This document shows positions 61,888 through 64,000 of a stretch of DNA of 64,000 bases, piece after piece (positions within the stretch are counted from its first letter, which is position 1; each line of letters opens with the position of its first letter). The stretch spans positions 1,216,001 through 1,280,000 of the forward strand of contig OZ219754.1 in assembly GCA_964291295.2 (NCBI GenBank), written 5' to 3'. This DNA is from an uncultured Candidatus Binatia bacterium. Its GTDB lineage: Bacteria; Desulfobacterota; Binatia; UBA9968; JAJDTQ01. The position numbers and the translations under genes are program-made. The notes beneath the pieces are model-generated. The model saw only the letters and a program-made list of their open reading frames with translations, had not been told where the DNA came from and did no database searches.

Positions 61888-61979
61888 GGAGACGGTCTGA
61901 ACAAGGCGATGGCGCGACATGGCGCCATCGCAACCTGTTGATTCAGCCCCGGCGAACTCGGGATTGTTCAGACCGTTCC
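61888..61979. mobile_element. Small MITE-like inverted-repeat element
   Basis: 13-bp perfect TIR ACGGTCTGAACAA / TTGTTCAGACCGT plus an internal 10-bp hairpin GCGATGGCGC..GCGCCATCGC. Confidence 0.55.
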
Positions 61980-62017
61980 TAAAGCACGCGCCGGAACCGC
62001 CGATCTTCCATGATCGT

Positions 62018-62530
62018 ATGGGACCGCGGAATGTACGGTCAACCGGTTGGCGGGCAGTTTTCCGTCTCCGGGGCGAGGAGGGCATCGTCCTGCCGTCGGT
62101 GCTCATGCTGGTGGCGGTTCTGGCCGTGGTGAGCGCCGCCAGCATGACCGCCACCGTGACCGAGTTGAAGATCGCCGACGCTTACCACGAGAGCGTGGCC
62201 GCCTTCTACATCGCCGAAGCCGGGCTTGTTCATGGCCGGCATGAGGTATCGGACGAGGATGGCGTTCACGACTTCGCCGCCCTGTCGGCGTCCACCATCC
62301 TCTTCAGTGGCCGGCGTTTCCACGGCGGCAGCTACACCGCCGTGGCCGAACCGGTGGCCGGCGCCATCCCCGCAAGGCTCCGGCTGAGATCCTTCGCGTG
62401 CTATCCGGCCGCCGACCCGTGCCCGCGCACCCATGCCCGGAGCGCCCTCGAAGTCCTGCTGGTGCAGAACCCTGCCGGCGCCACCCCGCGCGACCGGGTC
62501 CGCCTCATTGCCTGGAGGCGGCTGGACTGA
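62018..62530 (+). CDS. PilX N-terminal domain (type IV pilus assembly) protein
   Basis: EEG|IVL..VLML hydrophobic prepilin-like segment, AFYIAEAGL motif; start uncertain. Confidence 0.7.
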   Translation: MGPRNVRSTGWRAVFRLRGEEGIVLPSVLMLVAVLAVVSAASMTATVTELKIADAYHESVAAFYIAEAGLVHGRHEVSDEDGVHDFAALSASTILFSGRRFHGGSYTAVAEPVAGAIPARLRLRSFACYPAADPCPRTHARSALEVLLVQNPAGATPRDRVRLIAWRRLD

Positions 62531-62911
62531 CCCGCCGGTGCGGGCTGACAGGAATCCGAACGGCCTTGTATGGTGGAGGACATGCTTTGCTCGACAACCT
62601 CTGGTGGACACGGTACCTTCTCTCCGGTGAGTGGGAGAGGGCTGTGATGTCTTCCAGTACAAACCGCGATCCTGTACTCATGGGCAACCGCGCAGTACCG
62701 GTTCACAGATGGGTTCCTTTGGACGCCGGGTTCTGGAGGACGGCTTTGGCAATCCATCCGCAAGGCAACGGACCGGGACAAGGCAGGGTAGGTCCATGGG
62801 ACATCGTACACCCCGGTGGCGGGTGGGCAACGACATGAAAACGCAGCGGCAGTGACGAAGACGTCCTTGCCTGGATCGCTACGTTTTCAGAAGTGTGAAA
62901 GGAGACCGGTT

Positions 62912-63040
62912 ATGGCCGCACAAACCGACAAGAGGCAAGACAGGAAGCTCATGGACCGCCTCATACCGAAAGATCCGAAGTGGTTCGCCAAAGAAATTTT
63001 CGAGTATGCGGACGAGCGAATCGAAAAGGCCGAAGAATAG
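62912..63040 (+). CDS. Small hypothetical protein (42 aa)
   Basis: GAAAGGAG RBS, ATG 62912, stop overlaps the next GTG. Confidence 0.55.
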   Translation: MAAQTDKRQDRKLMDRLIPKDPKWFAKEIFEYADERIEKAEE

Positions 63041-63315
63041 TGGCTCTCTTTACAATAGCCTTGGTTCAGCCAAGTCCAGCAGTAACTCAACTGATCCGTA
63101 CGAACTACCCAAGTTGCTTCGAGTATAGTCCGACCTTTTACCTGGTAGAGGCAGATGCTCTTGCAGAAACTTTGGCTGTTACCGTGGGCATCAAGGGAGA
63201 AGGACGTGTTTCGGATGCCTCGGGGTTCGTCATCAAGTTACAGGAATTTTCCTATGCCGGATACACGACGCGATCACTGTGGGATTGGCTCAAAGACGTG
63301 GAGAAGCGGACATGA
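63040..63315 (+). CDS. Hypothetical protein (91 aa)
   Basis: GTG overlapping the upstream TAG; globular composition; ends LWDWL; ATGA overlap with the next gene. Confidence 0.6.
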   Translation: MALFTIALVQPSPAVTQLIRTNYPSCFEYSPTFYLVEADALAETLAVTVGIKGEGRVSDASGFVIKLQEFSYAGYTTRSLWDWLKDVEKRT

Positions 63316-63560
63316 GCGCCGGCCCATGGATGGCTGTTCCCGACCCTGATAGCGCAGAGAGCAGTGGCAAGGGTGGCGGCGGTAACGGGGGCGGGTTCGA
63401 AAGTCGCCTTTCCAGGCTGGAAACCCACCTTCAGTACCTTGCCACCAAAGAAGACATCCAGAAACTCAAGGTATGGTGGTTGGTCGGGATAATCACGGGA
63501 ATGGGACTGGCCGCTACTGTCGCCCTCACCGTCTTGCGATTCTTCACACCGGCTGGGTAA
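63312..63560 (+). CDS. Small coiled-coil, C-terminally membrane-anchored protein
   Basis: G-rich linker, ESRLSRLE..LATKEDI, one C-terminal TM helix. Confidence 0.7.
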   Translation: MSAGPWMAVPDPDSAESSGKGGGGNGGGFESRLSRLETHLQYLATKEDIQKLKVWWLVGIITGMGLAATVALTVLRFFTPAG

Positions 63561-63562
63561 AT

Positions 63563-64000
63563 TCACCTGTATCTTCCTGGCCGAGGCTCTTCCGTGTCGT
63601 CGGGTGCGCCGCATCGGGGCAGCCTCAGGCGGGTTTCGCCCAAGGTCGTCTCCTCGTGAAGCGTCTCCAGGACGACCGCGCACGGGGTGATGGCCTTGAC
63701 CCGGTAGCGCCGGTCGCCGAGCGGTGCGCCGGGTTGGACGACGTGGCCGAATCCCTCCGCATCTTTTACCAGTGCCACCGGCATGTGCTTTTGCCATACG
63801 ATGCCCGCGGCTTGGAATCGTGGCTCGGAAACCGGCTCGGGGGCCGGCGCCGGAGCTGGCACCACGTCCGGCTCCGGCGGGGCGGGGGGCTCGTACGGCT
63901 GAAACGGATCCCGGTGCGGGAGTCGGGTGTCGATCCGGGCCAGGACCGCGTGGGCGTTCGGTTCCGCAACCGGGCTCTCCTCCCCGGCCGTGCCCGGCTT
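63563..64000 (-). CDS. pilP: PilP-like type IV pilus assembly protein (5' end outside the window)
   Basis: Frame open to the window edge: RDPFQPY, GIVW....ALVKD..G.GHVV..G..LG, V..IT...V. Confidence 0.7.
   Translation of the reverse strand, partial: KPGTAGEESPVAEPNAHAVLARIDTRLPHRDPFQPYEPPAPPEPDVVPAPAPAPEPVSEPRFQAAGIVWQKHMPVALVKDAEGFGHVVQPGAPLGDRRYRVKAITPCAVVLETLHEETTLGETRLRLPRCGAPDDTEEPRPGRYR

Overview
High-GC bacterial chromosomal window. The gene content (tandem UvrA, many LLM/TPP/CoA-transferase/cupin/amidohydrolase/EamA paralogs, a UGA-recoded DsbA, PilP/PilX) suggests a deltaproteobacterial, Binatia-like genome, possibly host-associated; this is inference only. About 50 genes. Highlights: (1) an ~18 kb minus-strand defence island (14.9-33.0 kb) whose SNF2-helicase/DUF3883, DUF1156 methylase and DUF499 ATPase backbone is split by nested cargo: zeta-like ATPase with small partner, DUF2806, AAA fragment, dual-OB plus two DUF488, PHP-ATPase and AlbA-HATPase, several of them carrying single-base lesions; (2) a DsbA/FrnE selenoprotein (U-P-W-C plus SECIS hairpin) that the ORF track truncates; (3) an RTX-repeat protein with G18 and G12 homopolymers, flanked by a decayed DUF4338/ISAs1 element and a MITE; (4) an Mrp-DUF971-SufT-double UvrA operon; (5) an EndoQ-like PHP-UvrD fusion; (6) a lower-GC three-gene cassette between pilX and pilP. 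No rRNA, tRNA, CRISPR array or integrase was seen. Family names come from motif recognition, not database searches.
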